A DNA stretch of 64,000 bases from Adineta vaga (taxonomy: Eukaryota; Animalia; Rotifera): positions 6,944,001 to 7,008,000 of the forward strand of contig CP075497.1 in the NCBI GenBank assembly GCA_021613535.1, given 5' to 3'. The first letter of the stretch is position 1. Every line of letters begins with the position of its first letter. A program made the position numbers and the translations under genes. The notes under the pieces were generated by a model that saw only the letters and a program-made list of their open reading frames with translations, made no database searches and had not been told where the DNA came from. Positions 38,286 through 51,700 of this stretch are shown here, piece by piece.

Positions 38286-39060
38286 AAATGTGGATTGTAA
38301 AGTTGCAAACGATCAGAAGTAATTACTAACCAACAAACAAATCTTTCGATAGATGTCAGTAGCAACACAGTTCGCTATTTAAAACAATCATGATTAATAA
38401 AATATGAGGAAAAAAATATTCGTCAAACAAATGTTTATCATCTTTCGTAGAGAATATAGTTAAAGCTGTGAAAATAAGCAAAATATCATCTCAAATATAG
38501 TTGAAATTTACCTCTGATCTTTTTACTATTGTTAACTGATGAATATGATGTATAGATGATTCGTGAAGAGTATCCTATCCAATACTACAGATCTTATTGA
38601 AATGACATCTGTTACCTCTGTATAATTTATTTTCATATTTATCCAACATATTTCTATTACTTGATTTATTTTTAGAACTTTTTCAAGAGATATCATAAAG
38701 GATGAAGATATTAAACTTTCCAAATTACTTAAAATAGCGCATTGGAAAGATTTTTTCATTCGAATTATCTACTCATGATCGACTTAATTATACTTCTAGT
38801 CGTTTAATAATCATGTCATTAAATATCTACATTGAATTAAATGATGGACGTCTTCCTTTTTAACATTTCGATGAAGTTTAAGTTCATCTACATATTCAAA
38901 TATTTTCATCGACGAACTAGTAATCCATGTTCATTCTACGATCTTTCCATCATTGAATTCTCATTCTCAGTTATGTTAAAATGTTTTACAAAATTATCAC
39001 CTTGATCGAACTTCAGCTGTTCAAACAATCTTATCGAATTCATATCGTGAAGATGCTTGA
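38286..39060 (+). pseudogene. Possible heavily decayed nuclear receptor
   Basis: Broken-frame fragments in the expected order: DCKVAND, IFRR...SCENKQN, WKDF/FELSTHDRL, HLDRTS. Many stops and frameshifts. Confidence 0.28.
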
Positions 39061-39782
39061 CATTTTGTTTATGAAATTGATTCAAATATGTTTTATAAAT
39101 GTCAAATTTTTCTAATTCATTTTCGTATTGATTTTCTTCTAATGCATCAAATTCTTACGATTGATAGAATTCCTCAGAAAAAAAACAATGAAAATTTTCT
39201 GAAATTTGAAAGTGTAATTTTTATTTATGATAGAAAAAAATAGTTGAATTACGAATGAATAATAGATGAGACAAAAAAAGGAGGAACGAAAGAACAAAAA
39301 AAAATGAAATTTTATAAACACAAAAAAAAGAATGGAAATTAGACAATCATACCATACAAAGTTCACACGATTCAAAAACGCAGCAGCAACTGTCGGTGTT
39401 CTTTTTGTAGTAATAGAAAAAAGTAAAGAAAAAAAAGAAGTAAAAGAAGAAGAAGCAATAGCATCTATAGTGAATGATTTTTCTCTCGTATAGGTGAATA
39501 AGCAGAAATTGATAGATAACTGATAAACTAATCTAACAGAAGTTGCTTATTCATTCCGGTCTTTGGCTGTATCTAATGAGTTTTCTAATCGGAACGAATA
39601 GGATTTTCCTGAGAGAAAAACGAATTGATAAAAAAAAACAGATAAATTTATGGATGATCTGGGATAATTAATCTTCGCACAAATAAAGTCCAAAACACAC
39701 ACACGGAAGAATCATTCAATTGACGTTCATTCACACAGAATAATCTGACATCCACTACAGATAAAATTAATTTTCTGTTGAT

Positions 39783-42700
39783 TTATTGATGGCGATTAGA
39801 TGATCGAGAAGGTGGCTGTGGACGACCAGTATCCGATAATGGTGAATCATGATCACCAATAGAATCATTATCATCTTCTTCATCACTATATTGCCTAGGA
39901 ATAAATCAAAAGAATATATTTAAATGCAATCGATTTTGTCTTATACCCCTGAATATTTCCAGTTCGTTTCTTTGCTGCACTTTTTTGTTTCACTTGTTTT
40001 ACTGATGTTCGATTACGTTGAACAATTTGTGATTGTCCATTCAAACGATTTTGTTGTAAAATAACATTTTGTGTTGAACCAAAACCGGAATTTGGACTAA
40101 TTGAACCAGGAGTGCCATAATCAGCTAAGATACCTGATGATGATAATGATTGAGATGGACGTATTGGTGTTGCCATAACAAGATCATTCAATGATGTTGA
40201 ACCCCATCGACGATTATGTTCATTTATAGTATTCAAATTTTCATTATCACTAAGTGCTCGAGTTGTATCATTACGTCGTTTTTCATTACTGAATGTTGTT
40301 GGTGGTGAAATAAGATGACGTGTATTCGAATTACTTGTCATTATTTCTTGTTCGTATTGAGATGGATCATGTTGAAAACCCGTTGATGAATAACGTTTTG
40401 TATAATCATTAGCATTTTGTGATAAATGTTTACGACGATTCATTGTAGATGTTGGTTTAGAAAAATCATATGTTGATGTTGGTGTTGATGTTACTGGATT
40501 ATTTCCCGTAATATAATCTTCATCTGTATGAACATCAAGATTATTATAGAGTTTATCGATTTGATCAATAGCTTCATTGAAACCAGTTGTACTATTAGAT
40601 TGTCGTGAATAACGATTAACAATGCGATTAACTTGATCAAAATTTTCATTATTTAATTGCTGATAATGATTTTGTTGTTTTGGACGATAGTGTGATGGAA
40701 GTTTTGAAATACCTTGTTCATTATTTTTATAACGTCGTGGGTGTGTTGATGATGGTGTATTGGATGATTGAGATTGTTGATTCATATTCATACCAGCACC
40801 ACTCGATTGTTCATCACTTGAATAATTTGTATTAAGACCTTGTGAACGTAATTCATCCGAACTGAAATAACCTGATGAACGATTTAATGAACGATCAGAT
40901 GAATGAAAGTCACTATTAATCACAACTGTATTTCCTGGACGTGCGGCAACATTTCGAATAGAAACTCGACCATCTTTTGATGATGTTACAATAGCACGTG
41001 TTGGTTGATCAAGTGAAACAACAGTTGGTTGTCCAGGTTGTTGTGGTGGACGTTTTTCAATTTCAATTTCAAATTCTATATTTGGACCGAAGAGATTGCC
41101 AAGACTACCACTACGGCGTTGTGTTTGACGACGATGTGCTGATCCAGAATGCGAAGAATAAGGATACTCATCTTGATCTTGTTGCTGTTGACTATCTTGA
41201 TCGTGTAAAGCTGAATGATATGATGAAGAACGTGTGTGTGCTCCTAATGGAGACGAATATTCATTTGTAATTTCATACGGACCTAGAAAAAGCAAAAATA
41301 AATAAGTTCTATTTGTAAAAAAAAACACTTTTTTATATCGTATGTATATATATATATATATATGTATAATATGTATATATGAATAATTCTCTGTAAGATA
41401 AATAGATAGAGAAATAGAAAAAAAAGATCATTAGTAAACGCAGAAGCTTGAAGAATGAACACAAGTGTTTATATTTGCTTGCACCCAATAAGAGGGTAGC
41501 ACAAGTAAATAAAACGCGAACCTGATCGTGCTATTAAATAAAATGGAAATCGACGTGAAAAGACAAAGTAAGTTATGAAGAGAGAATTTCAAAAGATCTT
41601 TTTCTTTGATGGAAACTTACCAGTTCGTGATCGACTTTGTCTTTGTTGATATTCTTGACTAACTGATGGTGGACGATAACTACTTGCTTGAACACGTTGA
41701 TATTGTAAACGTGAACGTTGTTCTTGCTGTTCTGCTTCTTGTTTGGCTTGAACATAAAGTTCAGATTCACTTGCTCCATGTCTTATTGATGGACTAGGTC
41801 TTACATTATTACCATTGGATAATTCAGGTACGCGAACAATTGCAATAATTTGATTCGGAGAATATTTACCAAATGTCACTTGATTTTGTGGACTTAATGA
41901 TGTGACTTCAACTGCACGAGGACCAGCACTTAATGTACGAACATTTGATCGAGATGAGGGACTGTGACGGAGACTATCTTGTGAACGATCACGTTGAATA
42001 GGTTTAAACCATGTTTCTTCTATGCGTCCTGATTCGTCTTGTTGTATGAATTTAGATGGTGGTAATGGATAAGAAATTACGTCTGACTGAGGAGAATCCA
42101 AACGATGTTCATGAATACCTGTTTCACGATAAGTTTGAGTTTGTTGACGAATTTCTTTTGTAGGTGTATAAGATGATTCAGGTCGTGAACGAATTGCAAT
42201 AGGTGAATCTGAAAGAAGACCATATTAAAAATTCAATTCAATTCTGGAGGAAATACATACCATTGTTCTTTGTTAAATCATAATATTGAGTTCCTTCATT
42301 TGAAAAAACTCGTTTCGATGGTGTTGTTGTTGTACGGATGATTTCATCTGATGAACTTTCTGGTGAACGAACTGTAGGAGCGGCAGTTGTTGTAGTCGTC
42401 GTTGTTGTTGTTGTAATAGTTTTTTTCGGCGCACCTGGACTACCTGATCGTTCAGTTTTTGTAGTTGATTCTTTAATTTCATGAGTACGTTGTACTTGAC
42501 ATTCGACAAGTGTTTCAGTTTCAATAGTTTCAATTTCATCCACAACTAATGGTTTTGGTCGAATCGAACGTGATTCTGTTGTAATTGGAACACGACGTTG
42601 AGAATTTATTCCACTATGATAATTTGCAATAGTTTCATAATTGGATGATGGTGAACGAGTTGTTTGACGATGAATATTACGTTGTTGTTGCTGTTGTTGA

Positions 42701-45700
42701 CTTTGATTTAATTGATCACTGGATATAATTTCGGTATCGTATCGGAATGTTGATCGTGAAACAGAGTCATCTCCACCATGAATAGTTGTTTGATCAGTGT
42801 CGGAAGCTTGTCGTCGACCGTAACGTTGACTAGGCGTTGTTGTTGCTGTTGAATCAGCATAAACACCACTATCACGTATGGTTTGCGAACGATTTGCATC
42901 ATCATTGATTGGAATTGAAATATTATTACGCCATGATGTTGAACTTGCTTGTGGTTGTTGTTGACTTGTTGCTGTTGAATATTCAAATATACCTGAATCT
43001 GAACCAGTAGTTGACTTATATGGATCACGAATAGATTTTGTTGTTGCACTTGTAATTGGTGTATTATGAGATATATGTGGAGAAAGTTCGATTAAAAGAC
43101 CTTTTCCTAAAAAAACATAAGAAAGAGATTTAATTAAAAGAAACTATCTACTACATGGCAATGTTAACTCACCTTTACTTGCTGGTACGTGTGAAAGAAT
43201 ATTTTCCATATTTGTTTCAGTAAAAGAAGATTTAGTTCGTTGATTGAGATATGTTGTATCACCTGGTTGAGATGTACTTTGTGAGAAATCTCGTAGACGT
43301 GTTTTTGGTTGTCGACGACGTTGATCATACTGTTGTTCTTGTTTATTTGTTGGATCACTTAATTCATCTTCACTTTCATGACCAGCATCATCGTTTAGAT
43401 TTTGTTTTGTAGATTTTGGTGTACTTTGATAGATAGGTGGTGATGCTCCACTTACATCCGAATCAACTGAAGAAATGGTTCGTTTATCCTTAATTGTTAC
43501 GTCAACTTTACTATGAGTAGTTGGCAATGATTCAATTTGTTTAGTTGTTAATGATGATGATTCAAGAGTCGATTTGATAGTACTAACACGTGATGGTGCT
43601 GAATGAGTTTCACTCATACGACGTTCGTTTGATAGAAATTCATCAACCTAATTAAAAACAAAAAAGTATGTCATGTATCTGTCTTTTTTTGTGATGAATT
43701 GTAATTGAATCTCAATAATCGTTTCAAATATCTGGATCATGGAAAAGAATGTAGTATTTTTTTAAATGAATTCTTACTTGAAAGATAGATAGTTTTCCTT
43801 TGAAAAATTTACATTTCCCCTTCTCTTGCATCATTTCTTTCCACTTTTCTCATTAAATTCGTCGTGATTCAATGTGTCTGTATAGGTATATATGTGTGTG
43901 TGTGCGTGTAAAGCTCGTTCAATCTTTGTCTTCGGTGTCGTACATGTAAGATGGATTAGTTCGTGTCTTTCGTTTCTCTTTCTTGTTCTATCATTCAAAG
44001 CGCTTAAGTCAGATAGATAGATAGAAAAGAAGTGATTTTATCATTGTCAAAAAATACAAATGAAACAAACCAGTAATAAATGAGTATGATTTAGAAATAC
44101 ATACATACAAGATATGTTCGACATCGATCATTTCGACGATGAACTCGTTTCTGTGGTACGACAATTGTCAGTGTAATGTTTTGTTGAAAAAGATGATGAT
44201 TGATGAGATATAATCTTTTGAGTAAATTGATTTTACTCCTCTCGTACTGATTAGTATAATAAGAGAGCAGGGGAAAAGCAAATCTACGTAGGTAGACACC
44301 CACACACAGACACACTCAAGAAAAGATAAGCGAGTATTGACCCAGGGCAAGTTGAGTATATTAACTGAAGAATTATCTTAAAAAGTAAAAGAATATTATG
44401 CTTCATTCTTACTGGTCGACGAGTTGTTTGTTCTTGATCTTCAAATAAACGTCGTCGTTGTTCTGTTAAACCAGGTGTGATTGTTGTTCGAAATTTTGAA
44501 ATATCATCTCTTGTACTTCCGTTTGTTGTTGATTCGAAAGCATTTTTCAATTCACCTACTCGTCCAAATGTTGGTCGATCACTAACATTCGTACTGAAAC
44601 CACTTGAACTATCGAATTGCTGTTGTTGTTCAAATCTAGCTCGACGTTCATCAATAATTGATGATGATGAAGATGAACGTTTTGGTGGTTGTGGCCGTTC
44701 ATCATCTGTACGTGACATTGAAATGACATGCTTGGATGTTTCACGTGAACGAGCAGCCTAAATGAAGAGAAATTTGAAAGTTATTTCATTCAAACATTGA
44801 AAATCAATATTCAAAGAACAATATCGATCATAAACCAGAGAAGAAATAGAAGAATGACCTTTGAAAAGAACATACATGTATATAGTAAGAAAGAATGATT
44901 CATTCGAAAAGACAATAGTAAAAAGGTTGATTGTTGATTGAACATGCAGACGTGCAAGAATTTTGTACATCTTTTCATCACTTACATCATTGTTCAATAG
45001 TAATTCTTTCTCTTCTTTATCATCATTCAATGATAAAGGAACATATGATGTTTGGTGATGTAGTGATTTTGCTTGTGATGATCCTCGTAATAGAGGAACA
45101 AGAATCTCTTTGACAACATGACGAAGTGGAGGAGATACTTTATCATGTGAAGGTACCTTGATTTTCGAATCTTTCAATTGTTCTTGAGTATTTTTTGGTA
45201 CGAGAAGGACACAGTTGTGCTGTATAGTTGCCATCGATTTGTTTGCCAAACTGTGATATACAGGGAAGAGGGGAAATGAGATTTTTCTGTTTTATTATTT
45301 GTTTTCTCAAATTTTGACGAAAAGAAAAGTATAACTAAGCTTTTTCATTATCTTTACCTGATCAAATCGTTCATCATCAGATGTTGGTGTATAAACTTCT
45401 TTAAGTTTTTGTCTCCAATCTGAATCACGTCGTCGACCAGCTTCATTTATAATTGTTGTTAGACCACCATATGAATTATCACCAGTAATAACATATGGAT
45501 CGGAAACTTCTTCTTCAGATGTTTCATCGCGTTGTTGTTTCATTCCAAAGTTTGACGTTTGACGTTGACTTGATGGTGAACGTCGATCTGATTGACGATG
45601 TTCAAATTCAACTTCATATTCTTCACTAACATGATCTTCACGCTCTGCTGGACGTCGTTCAGACAAATGTGTTGTTGATGTTACAATATTCGATATACGA

Positions 45701-48700
45701 TCATAATTTGATGATGGTACTGTTGATATAATTGCTTGATTTGTTGATGGCATAGGTGGATATTGACCTGGACGCACACGATCATAGTTACTTGATAGTG
45801 ATGGTGGCTGTGGCTGTGGTGGTGTTTTTGAATCAAATTTTCTATCAATATTATCAACGCGAGTTGATGATTCAATATCTTGAGCAAGTTGTGCATCATA
45901 AACAATTTCTGTAGTGTAGATATCCTCTGATGACCATTCATTACCATGTGGTACATGTTCTAAATCAATATTTGAAGAAAAAAAAGGTAAAGGTCAAATA
46001 TATGGATGAATAGAAAAGACATACCGATAACTGATTTTCGACCAACAGGTGATGAACTTCTTGGTCGTCGTATTGAAGATGGAGCTTGTGATATTTCCTC
46101 ATACATATGACTTTGAGATTGATCAACAGAATCAACAATAACTGTTTTTGTTGGATCAACTGTATGTGCTGGTACACGTCGATAAACTTCTTTAACAACA
46201 TCATAACTTTTATGTCCTTTGATACGTTCATTTTTTTCTTTATATTCTTCTTTAATAACATCACTTTTAACACGTTCACTTGTTTCATCAATCGTTGTAC
46301 GTATTAATTTATATGTGCTCTTATCAAATTCTTCTGTACGGCGACAACGAAATTCTTCACTCCATTCTTCAAAAACAACTTCTTCACTTGATGTAGATTT
46401 TTCATCTTCACTTATATGTTGAACAATTGTATCACGTATAAGAACTTCATCATCTTTATTGAACCTACTTGTTGGCACATCTGATGTTAATAATATACGT
46501 GCTCGATCAAGATTTGGATGATGTTCAACAGGTATATGTTTGGGTGGTAAATGATCCGAATGATCATGTGTGGCTGTGGAAGGATAATGAAGATGATCAC
46601 GATCTTCTATGTAATGATATTCGATTTGTTCTTCTCGTGTATCTATTGTATTCTCCATAGAATAATCTTCAATAAAAGTACCCGAATGTGTTGGACGAAC
46701 TAAATCCATAAGAAAAAAACATGTTATTATTAAAATCAATCTTTTTTTTACTTTCTAATATCAATAGAAAAAAAAACAAAATCAACAACAATCATGTACT
46801 ATAATTCCATTTCTTTCAATATATTGTCCTTCCTCTCTTACTCGTTTTCTTTTTTGTGTACAAGAATTTTTTTTCATTCGATTTATTGATCATCAATACT
46901 CTACCACTTTCTTCTAACGAGATATATTAAGACTATGTACATATACATATTAAATACATATATCCAGTGAAAAAGAAACCGCAAAAAACGATTGTCTGAG
47001 TGTTAACTTATAAGAAGGGAAGAAAAAAAGAAAGAAAGAAAGAAAGAAGGAGGAGCAAGTACTTGAAAATTTCAATGATCGATGATGAAATTATTAAACC
47101 TTGTCCACGCTCTTGTTTCGTAACTCAATTGACTCTTTATATTACATGTGTATATAAAAGTATAGTTCATTTAACACTTGAATTTTTAAATTGAAAAAAA
47201 TCAGCTGATTAATTCGTTTTGGTTCTTAATCTTACTTCGATATTCAACAATTAATCTAAGTGTGGCACCAGTTGGTGTCGAAGAATTTGGTTGTAATTCG
47301 ATTGTTTTATTCATTGATTAAGATGATAATATAGTATTATTCAATAAGAAAAGGTTTTTCTTAGAACATAATGTGTTTTTATAGATTTTTTTCTTCTCTT
47401 CAACTTCCGTGCGTAAGGGAAGAAAATTTGATAATAATAATAATAATAATAACAACTAGAAGTCGTTGTTCAGTATTTGTGAAGCAGTACGAAATAATCG
47501 TTTGAGTAATGAAAAAAAGTGAAGAAGAATCGCTTGTCTTATCAGGATTAATTCAACGAATGAAAGAAAGAAAGAAAAAATCGAAATGTACGACGAATTG
47601 AGACTACTGTTGTTAGTACCATTTAGTCTTTTGTTTTATATTATAAAGAAGGAGAACGATGTGGTATCTTCTTCAATAGATTTTTTCATTTTCCACATAC
47701 CTATCGACAATTGATTACCTTTTCTTTCTTTTTTTTCTTTCTTTTTCTGTGGAATTTAATAAAGAGAGAGAGAGAGCGAGAACAAAGAGAAAGAGAAATC
47801 GATTGTGTTGCATTCGGTAAAGTTCAAAACTTTTTTCTCTCAACCGTCATAATCGAAATGATTCTATATTTCATCTACTCTTCTCCACTTTCTCTTTTAA
47901 TCGTAGGTTATACCCAAGCAAACAAAATCCAAAATATCGTTCGAGAGAGTAATAACGGTATACGAATCATTAAAAATGTTCTTTGTCTCTCTTTCGCTCG
48001 CTTGCTCGCTCTCTGTGGCTTTCATAGCATTTCTACTCGTTTTCATTTCTTCTACAAGTATCGCTCAGTAGCACTCCTACGCCTATCGACAGTCCTTTTG
48101 AAAAATATTGTCGATTCTCGACTATACTGGGATACAAAAGCAATCACATCAACATAAGTAGAGGCGTATTTATTTTCGTGTTATTTTTATGGGAAGAACA
48201 AGAAAAATAAAAGAAAAGCAAATCTGCGGAAAAAAATGTCTGGCATACTTTACATTCATTTATTTAATGATCCAATACTAATCGCTTTGTTCAACTCATT
48301 TATTTATAGAAAGAAAACGATCAAGCTTTATATGCATGTATATTAAGAGATTTTTTCAAGGAGATTCTCTCAGTTATTGGTACATCCTATACATGCAATG
48401 GCCTTGCCTTTTGTGCACGTCATTTGAGCTGTTTCATTTTTCTTCTCTACGAAATACACCTATAATGGAATAAGAATAACCTTGAGCTCTCATAATAATG
48501 ATGAAAGAATCAAATCAATGAAGAAAGAGAGAGAGGGAGAAAGATGAAGAAGTAGTATTAATAACCTTCAATTATAACTTCTTTTCTTCGATTTGTCTAC
48601 TTGACTTAAAGATTTAATTCTATATTTATTATTTTATTAGTTTTAAAAGAGATGTTCAATGTCTTAGGTGTTATATTAGAAAACATCATATCATATCACG

Positions 48701-51700
48701 TAATCTTTTTTTTCTATAGAACGAACTATCGTGTTGTTTCGTAGTTGAATTGAAAAAGAAATTCAATACCTATTCTCGTTCTTTTTCTCTCGTTTTCTCT
48801 TATGAATATCAACTGATTATAGACAAAACTTCAACATACTTAAGGATTATTTTGATGGCATATACTCTGAACAAATAAGTCGACGCATGATCAAGTAGAG
48901 AAAAAAATACCGTCGAAATCCTCTCTATTTCAATAGATGTCTGAATATTTAAAAAGAAAAACGAAACGACTAGCAGGCTGTCTTGATCAGATGTATTTAA
49001 CAAAAAGAAGGTAGAAATGTAAAGACGACAAGTTCAAGTGGATAGAAAAAAATAAATAAGTATAGTTGAAGTTGATTTTATTCGATAGGTTTTACAATCT
49101 GCCATTTCCACATCTCCGATGTTTTATGACTTTCGACTTTTGCCATTCAACATCATCCTGATCACTGCTGATAAAAAAAGGAAATATTTTACCTTCTACT
49201 TCTTCTTCTTTTGCTTCTTCTCAGAAAAGGTCTGTTCGAAGAAGAAATCGACCAGTACTCGTCAAACAAACTTATTTATATATCGAACTGAAAACGAGGA
49301 CAACACGTTTGTTTCGTTCTGATTTAAGCAAAGAAAGAAATTGATAAGAAAAAGAAGAAGAAAAAACTTTAAAAAGGAAATAACTAAGAAACCAATCTTT
49401 TGATTTCTTTCAAAGAATTCTCTATCTCTTTTTCAACATACATACATATAGATAATTGTTGATTTCTAAAACGTGCAACGGCAATATTACTAATGATGTA
49501 TTTTATTAGTAATATTCACGGCTTCATTGAAATCCTAACAACTCATATTATATGAATATATATATATATATACATGTACATTTCTCTCGGGTTTTTTTTT
49601 CGTTCGAAAGTATATGCCGATCGCAAACACATATAAACTATCGTCCTCATAACGATGTTTCGAATGATTATTATTGCAACTACTATGACACAAAGGTATT
49701 ATTTTTTAGATGAATCACAGAGACGTGCGTGAGTAAATGCCGAATACATATATATATATATATTCCGATAAAGAAAAAAAACGTTTGTTTTACCTTTCCG
49801 CATTGATGGTGTAGGCGTAGCTATATTGATTTCAACATATTTCTGTTCAGATAAGCGTTCTAAATTATAACTTTCTTTGCTTTGTCGAGCTTTTTGGATT
49901 CGATCAAGTGAAGAATGAAATTGTGTTGGTTCAATTGATGGGTCTGTTGGTAATACAGTTACTTCTTTGGCATCATGATGAACATATTCCTAGATAAAAG
50001 ACATAGAGCAATGATTGATTATGCGTATATATTTATATATGTATATAACAATTAGTTTAGTTCATTGTCAAATGAATTGAAGAAGTTTATTTTGTTCTAT
50101 TGTGTTAGTATGGATTCCTTCATAGTTTTACAAGATGATGACCTTCTCAATTTGTACTACTTAGGTATACTCTTTGCACCTTAATCGATGTATGTATATA
50201 TATATATATATAAAACACTATACTAACAGGACTACTCGACCGTTGAATACATTCTCTACATATAAAAAGATCACTATCACTCATATCGACTCATACTGAC
50301 TGTTCTTTTGAAAAGATGATGAATAAGAAGACGATGAATAAGAAGAATAACAACAAAAGAAAGCGGATTGTGTCTCGACTCATCGACTATAGACCGATAA
50401 GACAAACTACTTATTCATACTACTCCTATGTGTAATGTTGATGAAGATGAAGAAGAGATGATATGTTAGTTGCCCGTTGGCATGAACAGTATGTTTCTTT
50501 TATTCAGTTCATAGGTTATGAAGAATGAATATAATGATGTTGGCATTTAGATGGATTCAATGGGTAGAAATGAAGTATCAATTCTTCTCTTCTCTCCTCA
50601 GCTCTTTTTTCCTTTATATACACGTGTATTTGTTTGAACGAATAAATGAAAGCTGGACACTAATCGGGACGTGCATTCTTTTAATTGTTTTATTTCGTGA
50701 TAAAACACTACTCTATTACTCTACGTTTATATTTACATAAGACACCTCACACGCAACTCATAATTTCATTTTCCGTCTGATCAATACTAAAACTATTCTC
50801 TTTTTTCGTTAGAATTTCTCACATTATCTATGTATTTGAAGAGTATTTAACTAATATTAAACATATGTATGTATCTATGAATGTGAAGGTTATTGAAACT
50901 ATGAACAGAACTTTTTTTGATTAGATAAAAGAACTGAATAGATGTATGAAATAAAAATGATAGAACATTGAGATACTTCTTCTCAACACGTTTATCGAAC
51001 AAGTCTATCTGATAGAAAACATGAAAAAAAGATATTAAAAGTTAATGATTAGTTTGACTACTACAAATTAAGCAAAAAAGAATGTCGTGCAAATTGTCTA
51101 AAGCATGCAAAAGTATTAGTTTAAAGCAGTAGCATGTTAAAGTAAAAGATTGATTAGTAATCAAGAAGAAAAAACAAAACATAAGCGAGAAGCGTTAACA
51201 TGCACGAAAAAGAAACAAATAGTAAGAGGTTCGAAGTATTTTTATCATAAACTTCGTGTCCTACTACATTGATTGACTACAAATACATTTTATTTGATTG
51301 AACGAACAAATAATAGACATGCATATAAAGGCGACCCCACTTTTTTCAAATTTATTTTTGTTGCATTGATAATATTTTACCTCAGTTTGAATTGTGCTCG
51401 TCGATGGTATAACATCAGGTAAAATACTTTCAGTTGAATATTCATCTGCATGTTCAATAATTTTTGGTGGATCATCGATATGAACAAAAAGAGTTTCAGC
51501 AAATGGATGTAATGGTTGAATATGATAATGATCTATATAAGATGGTGATTCATATTTATGTGTTATACTTTGAATATCTTCTTCCTGATCGGCTTGATGA
51601 TGAATTTGTGCAATAGATAAAATATTCTGCTCGATTGTTTTATATTCATTGGATGAAAGATGTTCATCATGATCAATGTTTGTCAGAGGAAGATTTGATG

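Noticed and set aside
44758-45249. 163-aa minus ORF inside the giant gene
   Set aside because: The flanking exons join in phase without it and no phase-compatible boundaries were found for this frame. Could be a minor exon but is unsupported.
49483-49516. 12-bp inverted repeat AATATTACTAAT/ATTAGTAATATT
   Set aside because: Almost all A/T, short and isolated; expected by chance at this composition.
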